IMG/VR virus record: IMGVR_UViG_3300045978_000140
Coordinates: 1-64,000 of that record
DNA: 64,000 nt
Source of the DNA: a virus
Direction: 5' to 3' (one strand)
Part shown: one piece after another, positions 35,385 through 44,816 of the stretch
Position numbering within the stretch: position 1 is the first letter of the stretch
How the letters are laid out: each line of letters begins with the position of its first letter
Program-made: the position numbers and the translations under genes
Notes under the pieces: model-generated
Told to the model about the DNA's origin: nothing
The model's database searches: none
What the model saw: the letters and a program-made list of their open reading frames with translations, nothing else

Positions 35385-35681
35385 TTAAAACATACCAGCA
35401 GGTAAAACATTTTTAAATCTCTCAAGTATATCCTCTGGAATAGCCTGAGCATGATGATAGCCTGAACCCTCCTGTATTACATGTGGATAATCACTACCCT
35501 CATCATAGCTACCATATTTACCTATGGCTATATCACCAAATGAACGTGTATCATCATCCCAAAACATACTCCATGTACCAGGTACAATATCCTTAGCATC
35601 CATGATTTGTATCACAGCTTTCTTACCCTCGAATGCAGCAGCATCCTGCACCTCTTTAATTTTGGCCTCTAATAGTCCCAT
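35385..35681 (-). CDS. Hypothetical protein
   Basis: 98-aa ORF. Confidence 0.45.
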   Translation of the reverse strand: MGLLEAKIKEVQDAAAFEGKKAVIQIMDAKDIVPGTWSMFWDDDTRSFGDIAIGKYGSYDEGSDYPHVIQEGSGYHHAQAIPEDILERFKNVLPAGMF

Positions 35682-35694
35682 AATATATAATTGT

Positions 35695-36027
35695 TTAATT
35701 GGTTTCTCCTAAATTAGGATTACGATAATCTCCTCCTCTACCTTTTCTAACTAACCAATGACCTCCAGGATCTCCTTCACCTTTATAGTGTTTATAGTTT
35801 ACAAGACAGCTAAATGCTCTCTCATTAGGATAACAATATCTATGACTATAGCCAGTGCTGTCTATATCAACAACAATGGCTATAGTGTACATAAATCTCA
35901 TCAATCCTAATATCTTACCATCCACTTCCTTAAGGTCAAAATAGCCATTAGATTCAAGATATGCTTTGAATTCATCAGTTAGCCTACCCTTTTCCATTTT
36001 CTTCAAGAACTCTTCTACAGTCATCAA
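35695..36027 (-). CDS. Hypothetical protein
   Basis: 110-aa ORF. Confidence 0.45.
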   Translation of the reverse strand: MMTVEEFLKKMEKGRLTDEFKAYLESNGYFDLKEVDGKILGLMRFMYTIAIVVDIDSTGYSHRYCYPNERAFSCLVNYKHYKGEGDPGGHWLVRKGRGGDYRNPNLGETN

Positions 36028-36235
36028 GCGTTGCTGGTTCTACCACTACTGTGTCTTCCAAGCTACACTTCACAACCATTAATTGTCCATCTGCAGGAAT
36101 ATCTTTATCCTCACCATTGAATCTAACATATACATTACGTTTAGTATCCACTGGTTTAGATCTTCTATGACCTGACCTACTGTTACAACCTACCATAAGT
36201 AGCGCTAAGGCTACAATTAAAATACTATTTTTCAT
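35984..36235 (-). CDS. Lipoprotein
   Basis: MKNSILIVALALLMVGCNS lipobox. Confidence 0.45.
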   Translation of the reverse strand: MKNSILIVALALLMVGCNSRSGHRRSKPVDTKRNVYVRFNGEDKDIPADGQLMVVKCSLEDTVVVEPATLDDCRRVLEENGKG

Positions 36236-36449
36236 CTTTTTCTGAATTATTGCCTATCTCATCTATTTCTTCAACAGGCTTATTAAGTTTTTTTCTAAGT
36301 TGTTCAATATTATGCGTAAGAGCTAATAAATTAACTGACCCTGCAATACATCCTAACAATAATTGTCCTTGATAGGCCATTATGCCTGAGCATATTACTC
36401 CTATTATTCCTACTATTATTAAGGCACCACGTACTATTATTGTTATCAT
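36225..36449 (-). CDS. Small membrane protein
   Basis: 74 aa with two TM segments. Confidence 0.4.
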   Translation of the reverse strand: MITIIVRGALIIVGIIGVICSGIMAYQGQLLLGCIAGSVNLLALTHNIEQLRKKLNKPVEEIDEIGNNSEKDEK

Positions 36450-36958
36450 AAGAAATATCTTTTAAATGAATATACTATCTTCCAGAACCACGCAAATGGC
36501 TCATCAAACTCAAATTGCTTAAGAATAAGAGTATTTCCATTAATGGATGAGAACAATATATTAAACTTATATCCACAGTTCCTTAAAAAGGCTTTATCGA
36601 GCTCAATTGTACCACTGTTCATACCCATTAAATGCCATGTACTACTCATACCAAAGTGTGAGGTATGTGCTACAGCCATATTCTCAAACATAATAAATAT
36701 CTGAGCATTGCCTTCTTTACTAAGCCTTTTACTTATAATATGAACATATGGCTTAGTTCTATGTTCATATTGTTGGTGTACTTTCGTAGGATCTATCTTA
36801 ATGAGAGCATCATACGCTTCCTTTACCTCAAGATATTTCTTCTTGTCAGCTGTAGGCATATCTGGATGATATATTAAACTGAGACGCCTATATGCTCTTT
36901 TTATCTGTTCCTTAGTAGCTGTCTGAGGAACTCCTAATACTATGTAATGTTTTGTCAT
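36446..36958 (-). CDS. J-domain (DnaJ-like) protein
   Basis: N-terminal J domain YIVLGVPQTATKEQIKRAYRRLSLIYHPDM with an HPD tripeptide. Confidence 0.7.
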   Translation of the reverse strand: MTKHYIVLGVPQTATKEQIKRAYRRLSLIYHPDMPTADKKKYLEVKEAYDALIKIDPTKVHQQYEHRTKPYVHIISKRLSKEGNAQIFIMFENMAVAHTSHFGMSSTWHLMGMNSGTIELDKAFLRNCGYKFNILFSSINGNTLILKQFEFDEPFAWFWKIVYSFKRYFL

Positions 36959-36979
36959 TTGATTGTGTATTTATAACAA

Positions 36980-37465
36980 TTATACTTCGTACATGTCAAG
37001 ATACCATTGTATTACCTTTGGTCCTGCATTACTCTCAGCTATATGTTCAAGAAACTCTTTTATAGTTTTCTTCTCAGCAAGCACAGCTGATAACATATTT
37101 ATCATATGTGCCAAACTATGCATACAATCTACACAATCTGACTCATATATACAGTTAGACAGCCTTGCTATCTCCCTAATGGTTCTTTTTACCCTCTTTG
37201 GTGTTAGTTCTACATCCATAATTATGATAATATTAAATCGATTAGCATTCCTGTACCCCACAATAATAGAATAAACCCTGTAACATACAGAGATTTTTCT
37301 ATATACAATAACCAAGACATATTGTATCTCTTTAAATAGTTCTTCCATGTAACCCATGCTGGATATTTCATGAAATATATCCTCTGATATGCCCATACCA
37401 TTACCAATAGAAGATAAGGTATCATTAAAATAAATAATAGTGTTTTCATAAATATAAATTTTCAT
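36980..37465 (-). CDS. Hypothetical protein
   Basis: 161-aa ORF. An alternative-frame 75-aa membrane-like ORF at 37222-37449 is nested inside. Confidence 0.45.
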   Translation of the reverse strand: MKIYIYENTIIYFNDTLSSIGNGMGISEDIFHEISSMGYMEELFKEIQYVLVIVYRKISVCYRVYSIIVGYRNANRFNIIIIMDVELTPKRVKRTIREIARLSNCIYESDCVDCMHSLAHMINMLSAVLAEKKTIKEFLEHIAESNAGPKVIQWYLDMYEV

Positions 37466-37739
37466 AAAGTCTAAATAATGTCATATAATGATCTCTGTCT
37501 TCCTTGAGTTCTAACGAGAATACAAAATCCTCTATAGAAATGTTCTCTAACAACACTTTAGCTACCTTGTATCTCATATTATGTGCTCTGATAAACTGTT
37601 CAGATGTACCACTGTGCCATAATACTCTCGCCTCTTCTGCCAATCTGTCTCTCTCAGCCTTAACCAAGGTTCTTTCATATTCTGTTAGTCCCATAACATA
37701 AATATTAGGGGAGTTTCCTCCCCCATTATTATTTACCAT
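37446..37739 (-). CDS. Hypothetical protein
   Basis: 97-aa ORF. Confidence 0.45.
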   Translation of the reverse strand: MVNNNGGGNSPNIYVMGLTEYERTLVKAERDRLAEEARVLWHSGTSEQFIRAHNMRYKVAKVLLENISIEDFVFSLELKEDRDHYMTLFRLYENLYL

Positions 37740-37812
37740 CTTTTGTTCTTATACATTAATCCTAAGATATAACCAACAATTATAAATCCTATGATTGCTA
37801 ATACCTCATCCA

Positions 37813-38358
37813 TTATACTGTAGTATTTGATGATACTCTCACATTTATTTCAATGTGTGCATTAGGTACAGTGAGTGCATATCTCTCCTTTAGAATAGCA
37901 ATCTCCTTAAGGAAATTATTATAATGAAGAGGAGCTAACTTAGGCTCTTTATCAACTACAGCAGTTACATGTTTATGCTCAACAGTAGCAGTGCTGGTAA
38001 CATTTCTTTTACCACCATGCTTCTCCTGAAATCTTCTGTTCCATTCTCTGCCTAATTCCACTACATATTCTATAATCTTCTTACATGCCACAATATTAGG
38101 CTCCATACCACTATAATGTACATAAGACTCACGCTTACCTCTCTGTGACCCTGAAATAATATTGTGTTTAACCAATGCACTATAATTCTGACCTGCATTA
38201 GTACTCTTCTTCAGGAGCTTCATAAACTCCTCCTTATGCATTTTCTTTCCTTCCTTCTCATGAAGTACTTTCAATACATTATATAGAGCCTCAGCTCTCT
38301 TTAAAATAGTTTTTTCTGTAACTCTCTTAGCGTTACCTTTTGTTACTGTGTTTTCCAT
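37813..38358 (-). CDS. Hypothetical basic protein
   Basis: 181-aa ORF. Confidence 0.5.
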   Translation of the reverse strand: MENTVTKGNAKRVTEKTILKRAEALYNVLKVLHEKEGKKMHKEEFMKLLKKSTNAGQNYSALVKHNIISGSQRGKRESYVHYSGMEPNIVACKKIIEYVVELGREWNRRFQEKHGGKRNVTSTATVEHKHVTAVVDKEPKLAPLHYNNFLKEIAILKERYALTVPNAHIEINVRVSSNTTV

Positions 38359-38371
38359 CTTGATATTTGTG

Positions 38372-39070
38372 TTAGTTTATTTTTGTTTCTGGTCCTAAAT
38401 ATACTGTTTCATTTAAGCCTTCTAAAGTTAATTTCTTTCTAAATATAACATTCACCATTGGTGATGTATCACAATATTCAATATCCTCAATATAGATCAT
38501 ATCAGGTAAACCTTCACATATATAGCCTACTCTGTCTGCTATTCCAAATTTCTCTCTACCCTTAGTAAAACTAAGAATAAGAATACCATTCTCATGTAAT
38601 CTATTAGAAGCATGAATTACCTTCTTACGTATCATATCTACAGGACTCATTAAATCTAACCACATATAATCAAACATAATATTTGTTTTCTGTAAATATT
38701 CAAATACTTCAGTATTATGTACAACAGCAGAACAATTATATATGTTCTTCTTTGTTCTCCAATGTGTAGTGTTATTATTTAATGGTCTGTCTTGCCCAAC
38801 AGGTTGATTAAGGAATGCCTTGATTTTAACAAATATATCCCAATCATATTCAAAAGCATGTAAAACTATAGTTTTATCATGTTCAAATGCATAATTAAGA
38901 ATATCCTTTTCAAATTCCCAGGCTGTAGAAGGAAGAGTGAGCATTTTAAACTCACTCTTCCCACTATTATCTATCATATCCTTAGCATAGTTATAGGCTG
39001 TTTCTCTCATTTTTATTTTACCCACCTTTGTCTCAGGTAGAATAGTAGGATCATATATTCTCTTAGTCAT
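38372..39070 (-). CDS. Hypothetical protein
   Basis: 232-aa ORF. Confidence 0.5.
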   Translation of the reverse strand: MTKRIYDPTILPETKVGKIKMRETAYNYAKDMIDNSGKSEFKMLTLPSTAWEFEKDILNYAFEHDKTIVLHAFEYDWDIFVKIKAFLNQPVGQDRPLNNNTTHWRTKKNIYNCSAVVHNTEVFEYLQKTNIMFDYMWLDLMSPVDMIRKKVIHASNRLHENGILILSFTKGREKFGIADRVGYICEGLPDMIYIEDIEYCDTSPMVNVIFRKKLTLEGLNETVYLGPETKIN

Positions 39071-39290
39071 CTTCCTCTAATTCAAATGGTTCAAACATTT
39101 CCATAAATCCATTTACCTCTCTTCTCAATGTGTTAAGCTCATGTTGAGGTAATTGTAGATAGTTCATAACAGTATCAAATGATACTTTGCACATATCCTG
39201 TAGATACTGAATCATGAACTCAGTACTTCTGTCCTCTGCATCACACAGCTGGTGCATTGCAGCGAGTTTAAGTTTAGTAATATACTTCAT
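39063..39290 (-). CDS. Hypothetical protein
   Basis: 75-aa ORF. Confidence 0.45.
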   Translation of the reverse strand: MKYITKLKLAAMHQLCDAEDRSTEFMIQYLQDMCKVSFDTVMNYLQLPQHELNTLRREVNGFMEMFEPFELEEDD

Positions 39291-39291
39291 A

Positions 39292-39612
39292 TTACATCAG
39301 TTTAGAAACCAACATTACCATCATTCTGTAATGTGGATGTTGATTCATATTCTTAACAACTAAGGCTGAGGTTGATTGAGCCAAAAATTTAACCAGAGTA
39401 TCTCTGTCCATATCTTTAGTAAGCTCAATTACTCTATCTAATACTACTTGTCCACCTGCCATTCCTAATTCTACAGTGCTATCTTTAACACTAACATTAG
39501 CATCAGAAAGTTCTACAATGTTGTCTGTAGTGCATTTGAACGCAGCAACAGCAACTTTAGTACTGAAATCATCATAGAGGCTTAAATCCTCTTGTTCTGT
39601 AAGTACGATCAT
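39292..39612 (-). CDS. Hypothetical protein
   Basis: 106-aa ORF. Start preceded by 'aaacaatcaaaatt'. Confidence 0.5.
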   Translation of the reverse strand: MIVLTEQEDLSLYDDFSTKVAVAAFKCTTDNIVELSDANVSVKDSTVELGMAGGQVVLDRVIELTKDMDRDTLVKFLAQSTSALVVKNMNQHPHYRMMVMLVSKLM

Positions 39613-39617
39613 AATTT

Positions 39618-39706
39618 TGATTGTTTAATTGGTTTGTGTTTTACAGCTTAACCACATGGGAAACTAAGCTGTCCTCAACATCTTGGAATGTTATTTTAGT
39701 TTTTTT
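39618..39706 (-). promoter_or_regulatory. Conserved intergenic element, copy B
   Basis: Hairpin ACAGCTTA/TAAGCTGT plus the CTCAACATCTTGGAATGTTATTTTAGTTT box. Paralogous to 34611-34719. Confidence 0.45.
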
Positions 39707-40109
39707 ACCACACTATAAAATTATTGGTGTATCCCAACAAACAGCCTTCATATTCAAAATCATCAATGACCTTACCTGTAGATACATTCTTAATATAAAT
39801 ATATACAGCTGGCTCTTGGTTATCAATAGTCTCTTCATTATCCTTATCAAATTTGAATATATAATGCTTGCCATGTTCAAGCTCATAATAATGACTGAAC
39901 TCAGCACCTCTGGTCTCATCAATAACCACATTATTCTCTACATCATATAAATGTATTTGTGAATGAGCATATGTTGTTTTAAACATGATGTTGACCTTAT
40001 CCATCTTACCTGTCTTGATATCCTGCTGTACATATTCATGATTAACAGGTTCTGTAGTACATGAGGCCAATGTGATACACATCAGCCCCATTAATAATAT
40101 TCTCTTCAT
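39705..40109 (-). CDS. Lipoprotein
   Basis: MKRILLMGLMCITLASCTT lipobox. Confidence 0.5.
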   Translation of the reverse strand: MKRILLMGLMCITLASCTTEPVNHEYVQQDIKTGKMDKVNIMFKTTYAHSQIHLYDVENNVVIDETRGAEFSHYYELEHGKHYIFKFDKDNEETIDNQEPAVYIYIKNVSTGKVIDDFEYEGCLLGYTNNFIVW

Positions 40110-40348
40110 TAGTATCTATGAAATGTGAATTGTGCACCCTGTGCATTATGACTACATGTGACATTGGCCCATCCTGCATCCTTATACAATTTCACAATGT
40201 CAAGGATATCCTGTCTGAGAAGATTCTCATTAACTCTCACATAATATCTTACCTGATCGTGTGGTTGTTTAGCCAATTCAAAATTAATTGTATTGACCAC
40301 ATTCTGCTTGTGTGCAGCTGTTTTCTGTTGTGGTGTTACTACTCTCAT
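40109..40348 (-). CDS. Hypothetical small protein (paralog of 40353-40649)
   Basis: KLYKDAGWANV motif shared with the neighbour (KMYQDAGWKRV). Confidence 0.45.
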   Translation of the reverse strand: MRVVTPQQKTAAHKQNVVNTINFELAKQPHDQVRYYVRVNENLLRQDILDIVKLYKDAGWANVTCSHNAQGAQFTFHRY

Positions 40349-40352
40349 AATA

Positions 40353-40649
40353 TTATCTTGTAAATTCTAATCTTAAACCTCCTTTAACAACATTATTTAT
40401 ATCTACATATACACCATCAACTCTCTTCCATCCTGCATCCTGGTACATTTTACGAATTAATTCAAAATTCTTCCATGTTACACGCTCTGGAATAACTATA
40501 ACATAATTATTCCTATTCTTCTCCTGTTCAGCTAATTTCTTGTCCACTTTAACTAACACAACATCTATAAAATCAGATAAATCCTCTGGTGTTGTAATAC
40601 TCATTGTTACAGTAGCAACTGTACTCTTCACTTCAATACTTGTTTCCAT
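40353..40649 (-). CDS. Hypothetical small protein (paralog of 40109-40348)
   Basis: Shared Y[KQ]DAGW motif. Confidence 0.45.
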   Translation of the reverse strand: METSIEVKSTVATVTMSITTPEDLSDFIDVVLVKVDKKLAEQEKNRNNYVIVIPERVTWKNFELIRKMYQDAGWKRVDGVYVDINNVVKGGLRLEFTR

Positions 40650-40657
40650 AATACTCT

Positions 40658-41017
40658 CTAATTTTTAACTACTGAATAATAAATTTGTTTAGGATATTTA
40701 CCAAACACATACAATGTAACAGGACACAACCACAATCTATTCTTATTCCCTTCCATTTCATGTTTAATGTGATTAGTCACAGGCATATAAATAGCACCTT
40801 CAGTTATTCCTAACTTATTAGTCCTAATCAATACATCCTCCTGTCCTTCAAACTCCTTTGTACTGAAATTAATTGTTATTTCCTTACCATGATTAGACAA
40901 TTTATCCAGCAATTCATCTGCTCCTAACACCATCGCTAATGTTGACTTAGGAAAAGGATAATTTGGTATATCAATGTACCATACATTATCTTCCTTATAA
41001 AACTTGTGCGTTTTCAT
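40658..41017 (-). CDS. Hypothetical protein
   Basis: 119-aa ORF. Confidence 0.45.
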   Translation of the reverse strand: MKTHKFYKEDNVWYIDIPNYPFPKSTLAMVLGADELLDKLSNHGKEITINFSTKEFEGQEDVLIRTNKLGITEGAIYMPVTNHIKHEMEGNKNRLWLCPVTLYVFGKYPKQIYYSVVKN

Positions 41018-41166
41018 TTTAATGCTATATTAATGTGATTATAAAACTATTGGTAATATGTAGCTGCAATCAAGAGCTACACATAAAAAAAGGCACAAGA
41101 AGAAATCTCTCCTTGTACCTTTAAAATTGGGCATTATACTAATACTTATCAAAACAATTAAAACTA

Positions 41167-41550
41167 TTATATACCCTGTTCATTCATACTACTCTCATAA
41201 ACTCCTTCAGGTGTTGATAACAGCAAACACCCTAATTCATCAGCTGTAATACCCAAATCAATACACTTGTGAACAGTATTACGCAAAGTATCAATAACTT
41301 CACGCTTGGCAATAACTGTCTCAATATATTCTCTCCTTTGATATAACTGCTCCAATGTCATCATATCTTCAGGAGTTGTTGGTTTAACTTCAGAAGATAC
41401 CATATCACCTCTTGTAGCGTCCATAATGCTCAATTTACTATTTGGAGACAATTCTACATGTCCCATAAATAATTGTTCACTGAGTAACAAGGCCAATCCT
41501 TCAGCATTAAATCCTAATACTCTTGCTAATTTATTCACACGTATTTCCAT
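41167..41550 (-). CDS. Hypothetical protein
   Basis: 127-aa ORF. Confidence 0.45.
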   Translation of the reverse strand: MEIRVNKLARVLGFNAEGLALLLSEQLFMGHVELSPNSKLSIMDATRGDMVSSEVKPTTPEDMMTLEQLYQRREYIETVIAKREVIDTLRNTVHKCIDLGITADELGCLLLSTPEGVYESSMNEQGI

Positions 41551-41791
41551 GTTTTCTATTTATTTCGTTAATTAATTCTTCAATTTCACTCTCTAGATAA
41601 TCATCTATATTTTCAGCCATTTGATGAGCATAATTACACTGTAATGTATTAATATTAATAGCATCATCAAGTGCTTTCAATACATTTTCTTTAAATCTGC
41701 CACTATGTAAGCCACGAGCAATATTATACATACTGCTAAGAGCTTCCTGATCTTTAAAACAGAAAGCTCTCTCTAGTATGATATTACTCAT
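41531..41791 (-). CDS. Hypothetical protein
   Basis: 86-aa ORF. Confidence 0.4.
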   Translation of the reverse strand: MSNIILERAFCFKDQEALSSMYNIARGLHSGRFKENVLKALDDAININTLQCNYAHQMAENIDDYLESEIEELINEINRKHGNTCE

Positions 41792-42009
41792 TTCTTCACA
41801 TATGTTTTTATCAATAACACACTGTGTAACATTCTGATTAATGCCATTGGCACTAAGAAGATTAGATAATTCTGAAATGCACTCTCAGATAATCTATAGC
41901 AAAGTATACCTATCGCAAGGAGCAATAGGCATACAAATACATACAATATTTTAACTATTCTGTTCATGTTTCTTTTTCTCTTTAACATTTGACCTCCAAA
42001 ATACAACAA
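41788..42009 (-). CDS. Small membrane protein
   Basis: 73 aa with two TM segments. Confidence 0.4.
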   Translation of the reverse strand: MLYFGGQMLKRKRNMNRIVKILYVFVCLLLLAIGILCYRLSESAFQNYLIFLVPMALIRMLHSVLLIKTYVKK

Positions 42010-42163
42010 TACTCACAAGAGCATTGATTTCAGCTACCATAAACCCATTCATATACCATTCTCTGTATGGATTACTATTAGTAAATCCTCCAACTGGTAT
42101 GATAATGAGTGTCAATAAGAACAATCCTATTGACACAAACAAATAAATTTCTGACTTTTTCAT
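41951..42163 (-). CDS. Small membrane protein
   Basis: 70 aa with two TM segments. Confidence 0.4.
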   Translation of the reverse strand: MKKSEIYLFVSIGLFLLTLIIIPVGGFTNSNPYREWYMNGFMVAEINALVSIVVFWRSNVKEKKKHEQNS

Positions 42164-42399
42164 AATGTTATCATTGGTTCATCTGAACAATTATTATCCA
42201 TGTTAGCAATAAACAAATCGTCTTTGCCACATATTCTCTCTCTATTTCTCCCATTAGTTCTAAGAGCAGACTCTATTTCCTTAAGAAATATCGCCTTATG
42301 AGTACTATCATGTAATCTCTCCACAATAGTCTTCATCTCATGTAAAGCAATATAATCTTTACATATTGCCTGACGCAACATTCTTTCATTATTATCCAT
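42160..42399 (-). CDS. Hypothetical protein
   Basis: 79-aa ORF. Confidence 0.4.
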   Translation of the reverse strand: MDNNERMLRQAICKDYIALHEMKTIVERLHDSTHKAIFLKEIESALRTNGRNRERICGKDDLFIANMDNNCSDEPMITL

Positions 42400-42409
42400 A
42401 ATTACTTAA

Positions 42410-42691
42410 TTATAATATTTTAACATCAACTCTATCCCCATTATCCAAGTAAATAAACAGATAATATCCATTACTCCTAACTTTATAATTCGCCTGAGAA
42501 ATACCCTTATTTTCAAGATAAACCTTAATTGTTATATCAAGACAACCATGAGGAAAATCTATAACCTCTTTATCTCCTATACTAATTTCTTCGTGATATG
42601 TAATATACATAATGCTATATCTTTTGTTTAATTTCTTAATTGTTGTTTGTTTTTTAAACACTATTTTTCCAATGTACGTGTTTGTGCACAT
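42410..42691 (-). CDS. Hypothetical protein
   Basis: 93-aa ORF. Confidence 0.4.
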   Translation of the reverse strand: MCTNTYIGKIVFKKQTTIKKLNKRYSIMYITYHEEISIGDKEVIDFPHGCLDITIKVYLENKGISQANYKVRSNGYYLFIYLDNGDRVDVKIL

Positions 42692-42944
42692 TTTTTCCTA
42701 CAATATTGCATCATTTTCAATGGATTTCAGGAGGAATAACAGCTAATTATTCCTCCATCATCCTCAAACAACACAATCAAACAATGCATAGTAATCTCTC
42801 GATACTACACAAATACCTTTTTTACACATTTCGCAATAAATTATCCAAATCACTGAATTATCAATAATGACAAAAAAGTTTTCTCGGGGATTTTTTGTAT
42901 GCTATTGCGAATAATGCAATAAATCTTCTGTTTCTACACAATTG

Positions 42945-42994
42945 TTTCTACACAAAACAAGAAGATTTCTTGACTATAAAGTCAAGAAATCTTC
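42945..42994 (-). terminator. Perfect 15-bp inverted repeat hairpin overlapping the stop of 42974-43327; candidate terminator or operator
   Basis: GAAGATTTCTTGACT-ataa-AGTCAAGAAATCTTC. On the minus strand it is followed by TTGTTTTGTGT. Flanked upstream by the 11-bp direct repeat GTTTCTACACA x2 (42930-42940 and 42944-42954). Confidence 0.5.
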
Positions 42995-43327
42995 GATGTT
43001 TACCTCTTCAGATTGATAATCCTCAACAGTAAGTTCTTTAGCCTCATAGTAGATTTCATTACCTTGAGGTCTTACAATGTAGATGTGACCACGTTCGTTC
43101 TCTGCGTAGCGAAGCGTGAGCAGAGTACCTAACGTGATTTCTTTGTCACGCAATTGTTTACTTAAGCCTGTGCCTAAGAAACAACGAAGTTTTTCTTTCT
43201 TATCATTAAGTAAGTTAATGATAACTCGTGCACTACCTGCTAAGTTGGAATCAACGATACCAATTTTACCTTTTTTACCAACATAATCAGATACCAATCC
43301 TAAATCTTTTAATTCATTCGTTTCCAT
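42974..43327 (-). CDS. First gene of the leftward block; hypothetical protein
   Basis: 117-aa ORF divergent from the plus-strand block. Confidence 0.5.
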   Translation of the reverse strand: METNELKDLGLVSDYVGKKGKIGIVDSNLAGSARVIINLLNDKKEKLRCFLGTGLSKQLRDKEITLGTLLTLRYAENERGHIYIVRPQGNEIYYEAKELTVEDYQSEEVNIEDFLTL

Positions 43328-43472
43328 AATATATAAAATTTAATTGTTTACGTTTTGTGTGGGGGATATATCCACATCTCAAATTATAGGTGGGGTAGCT
43401 TGTTGGATGGGGACAACCCTTACACTCACATTTATCCAAAAAAAAATTAAAAAAAATTTTTAAATAATCAGT
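43328..43472. promoter_or_regulatory. Divergent control region between the leftward and rightward gene blocks
   Basis: 145-bp gap between divergent genes. Contains the 10-bp perfect palindrome GGATATATCC (43364-43373) with partial extensions, and a long A-tract aaaaaaaaattaaaaaaaattttt. Confidence 0.5.
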
Positions 43473-43940
43473 ATGATTATTTGTACCTTTGTTCTAATCA
43501 ATTACATTATGGAAACTATGACAATTCAGAAGCTAGCAAAAACCTCCTCCAATAGATTGGAGTTGGCCCAGCAGTATTATGGCCTGATATCAGCACTCAA
43601 CAGCCTCTTTTTAACAGAGCGTGAGATTCAGCTTATCGCCTTTTCTGCTGTCAGAGGCAGTATTAGTTATGCTACTGTTAGACAGGACTTTTGTGATATC
43701 TATCACAGTTCCTTTCCTACTATTAATAATATGGTGTCTAAGTTAAAGACTAAAGGCATCCTTGTTAAAGCAGGAAAACAGATAGTAGTTAACCCACGCA
43801 TAGCTCTTGATTTCTCTAAGCCCCTTATTCTACAGATAACGTTAACAGTAAACAATGAACAAACCAATGGAGAAGTCAATGAGCATGCCTCTGAAAGAGT
43901 GGCTCGTAAAGAAGTTGTCTCAACAGCTTCACATTCCTGA
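43473..43940 (+). CDS. Hypothetical protein (possible wHTH regulator; likely start at METMTIQKL, 43509)
   Basis: 155-aa ORF. First plus-strand gene. Confidence 0.45.
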   Translation: MIICTFVLINYIMETMTIQKLAKTSSNRLELAQQYYGLISALNSLFLTEREIQLIAFSAVRGSISYATVRQDFCDIYHSSFPTINNMVSKLKTKGILVKAGKQIVVNPRIALDFSKPLILQITLTVNNEQTNGEVNEHASERVARKEVVSTASHS

Positions 43941-44286
43941 GAGAATAATTGATACAGTTATTACTGATCAGTTTACCTCAGCATTTAGAGCAACCTCTAC
44001 TCACAACTCTATTGAATTGTCAGGATTTGGGAAGTTTGTTTTCAATCAGAAAAAGGCACACAGGTGGATGGATAAGTATGAATCTCAAAATGTAATTTTT
44101 AAGTCAATGCTTGCGAAGGCAGACACAGAGAGGGATACCAGGGTTTTGAACCTAAAATTAGATATTGTTCACAAGAATATAGAACATTTAAAACCAAAAC
44201 TAGTTAATTATGAGTCTAAAGCAAATATTCGAGGGGTGGAGGAACCACATAAACCCTCCTCAGTATCTCCAGGAGAAGATAGCTGA
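43855..44286 (+). CDS. HU/IHF-family DNA-binding protein
   Basis: IELSGFGKFVFNQKKA matches the HU beta-arm signature (..[RE]..GFG.F...). Confidence 0.55.
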   Translation: MNKPMEKSMSMPLKEWLVKKLSQQLHIPERIIDTVITDQFTSAFRATSTHNSIELSGFGKFVFNQKKAHRWMDKYESQNVIFKSMLAKADTERDTRVLNLKLDIVHKNIEHLKPKLVNYESKANIRGVEEPHKPSSVSPGEDS

Positions 44287-44512
44287 AGTGTCTGAAGAAA
44301 GAATGGCCATTTGCAAAGATTGTCCTTTCAATTCTACAAATGCTAAGTTAAAGGGTTATAAAACTATAAGAAAAGATGAGCATTGTACAGAATGTGGTTG
44401 TACCTTAGCTCCTAAAACTAAATGTTTGTCATGCTCTTGTCCTCTGTCTAAATGGGAAGCTGAGATTACTGATGAACAGGAAAAAACTATAAATGATGAA
44501 ACGAACATTTAA
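44210..44512 (+). CDS. Cys-rich zinc-finger protein
   Basis: CKDCPF...HCTECGCTLAPKTKCLSCSCPLSKWE. The true start may be the internal Met at 44303. Confidence 0.45.
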   Translation: MSLKQIFEGWRNHINPPQYLQEKIAEVSEERMAICKDCPFNSTNAKLKGYKTIRKDEHCTECGCTLAPKTKCLSCSCPLSKWEAEITDEQEKTINDETNI

Positions 44513-44816
44513 AATAGAGAAGCTCCCACTGGATGTGTTGATTAATCTTCTCATAGAATTGTATGAAAAAGGAATAGATTACGTAGATTTGTTCTCAAAT
44601 AATGATGATCCTCATCAGGATAAGTTGATTATTCTTACAAAGGACGAATACATTAACCCTGAATTTATGAAAGATGGTATCAGGCCAAATATTAAAGATA
44701 ATAGTGAGGACTATAAGGAATATGTTGATGATGAGGATGATAATAAGTCTCCTAAGAATCCTCCTACTATTGAGATAAAAAAATTAACTGATGACGATAT
44801 AGACAAATTATCATGA
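44493..44816 (+). CDS. Hypothetical acidic protein
   Basis: 107-aa ORF. Confidence 0.45.
   Translation: MMKRTFKIEKLPLDVLINLLIELYEKGIDYVDLFSNNDDPHQDKLIILTKDEYINPEFMKDGIRPNIKDNSEDYKEYVDDEDDNKSPKNPPTIEIKKLTDDDIDKLS

Noticed and set aside
37222-37449. 75-aa membrane-like ORF nested in 36980-37465
   Set aside because: Fully embedded in another same-strand ORF. It cannot be distinguished from a hydrophobic shadow frame without data.
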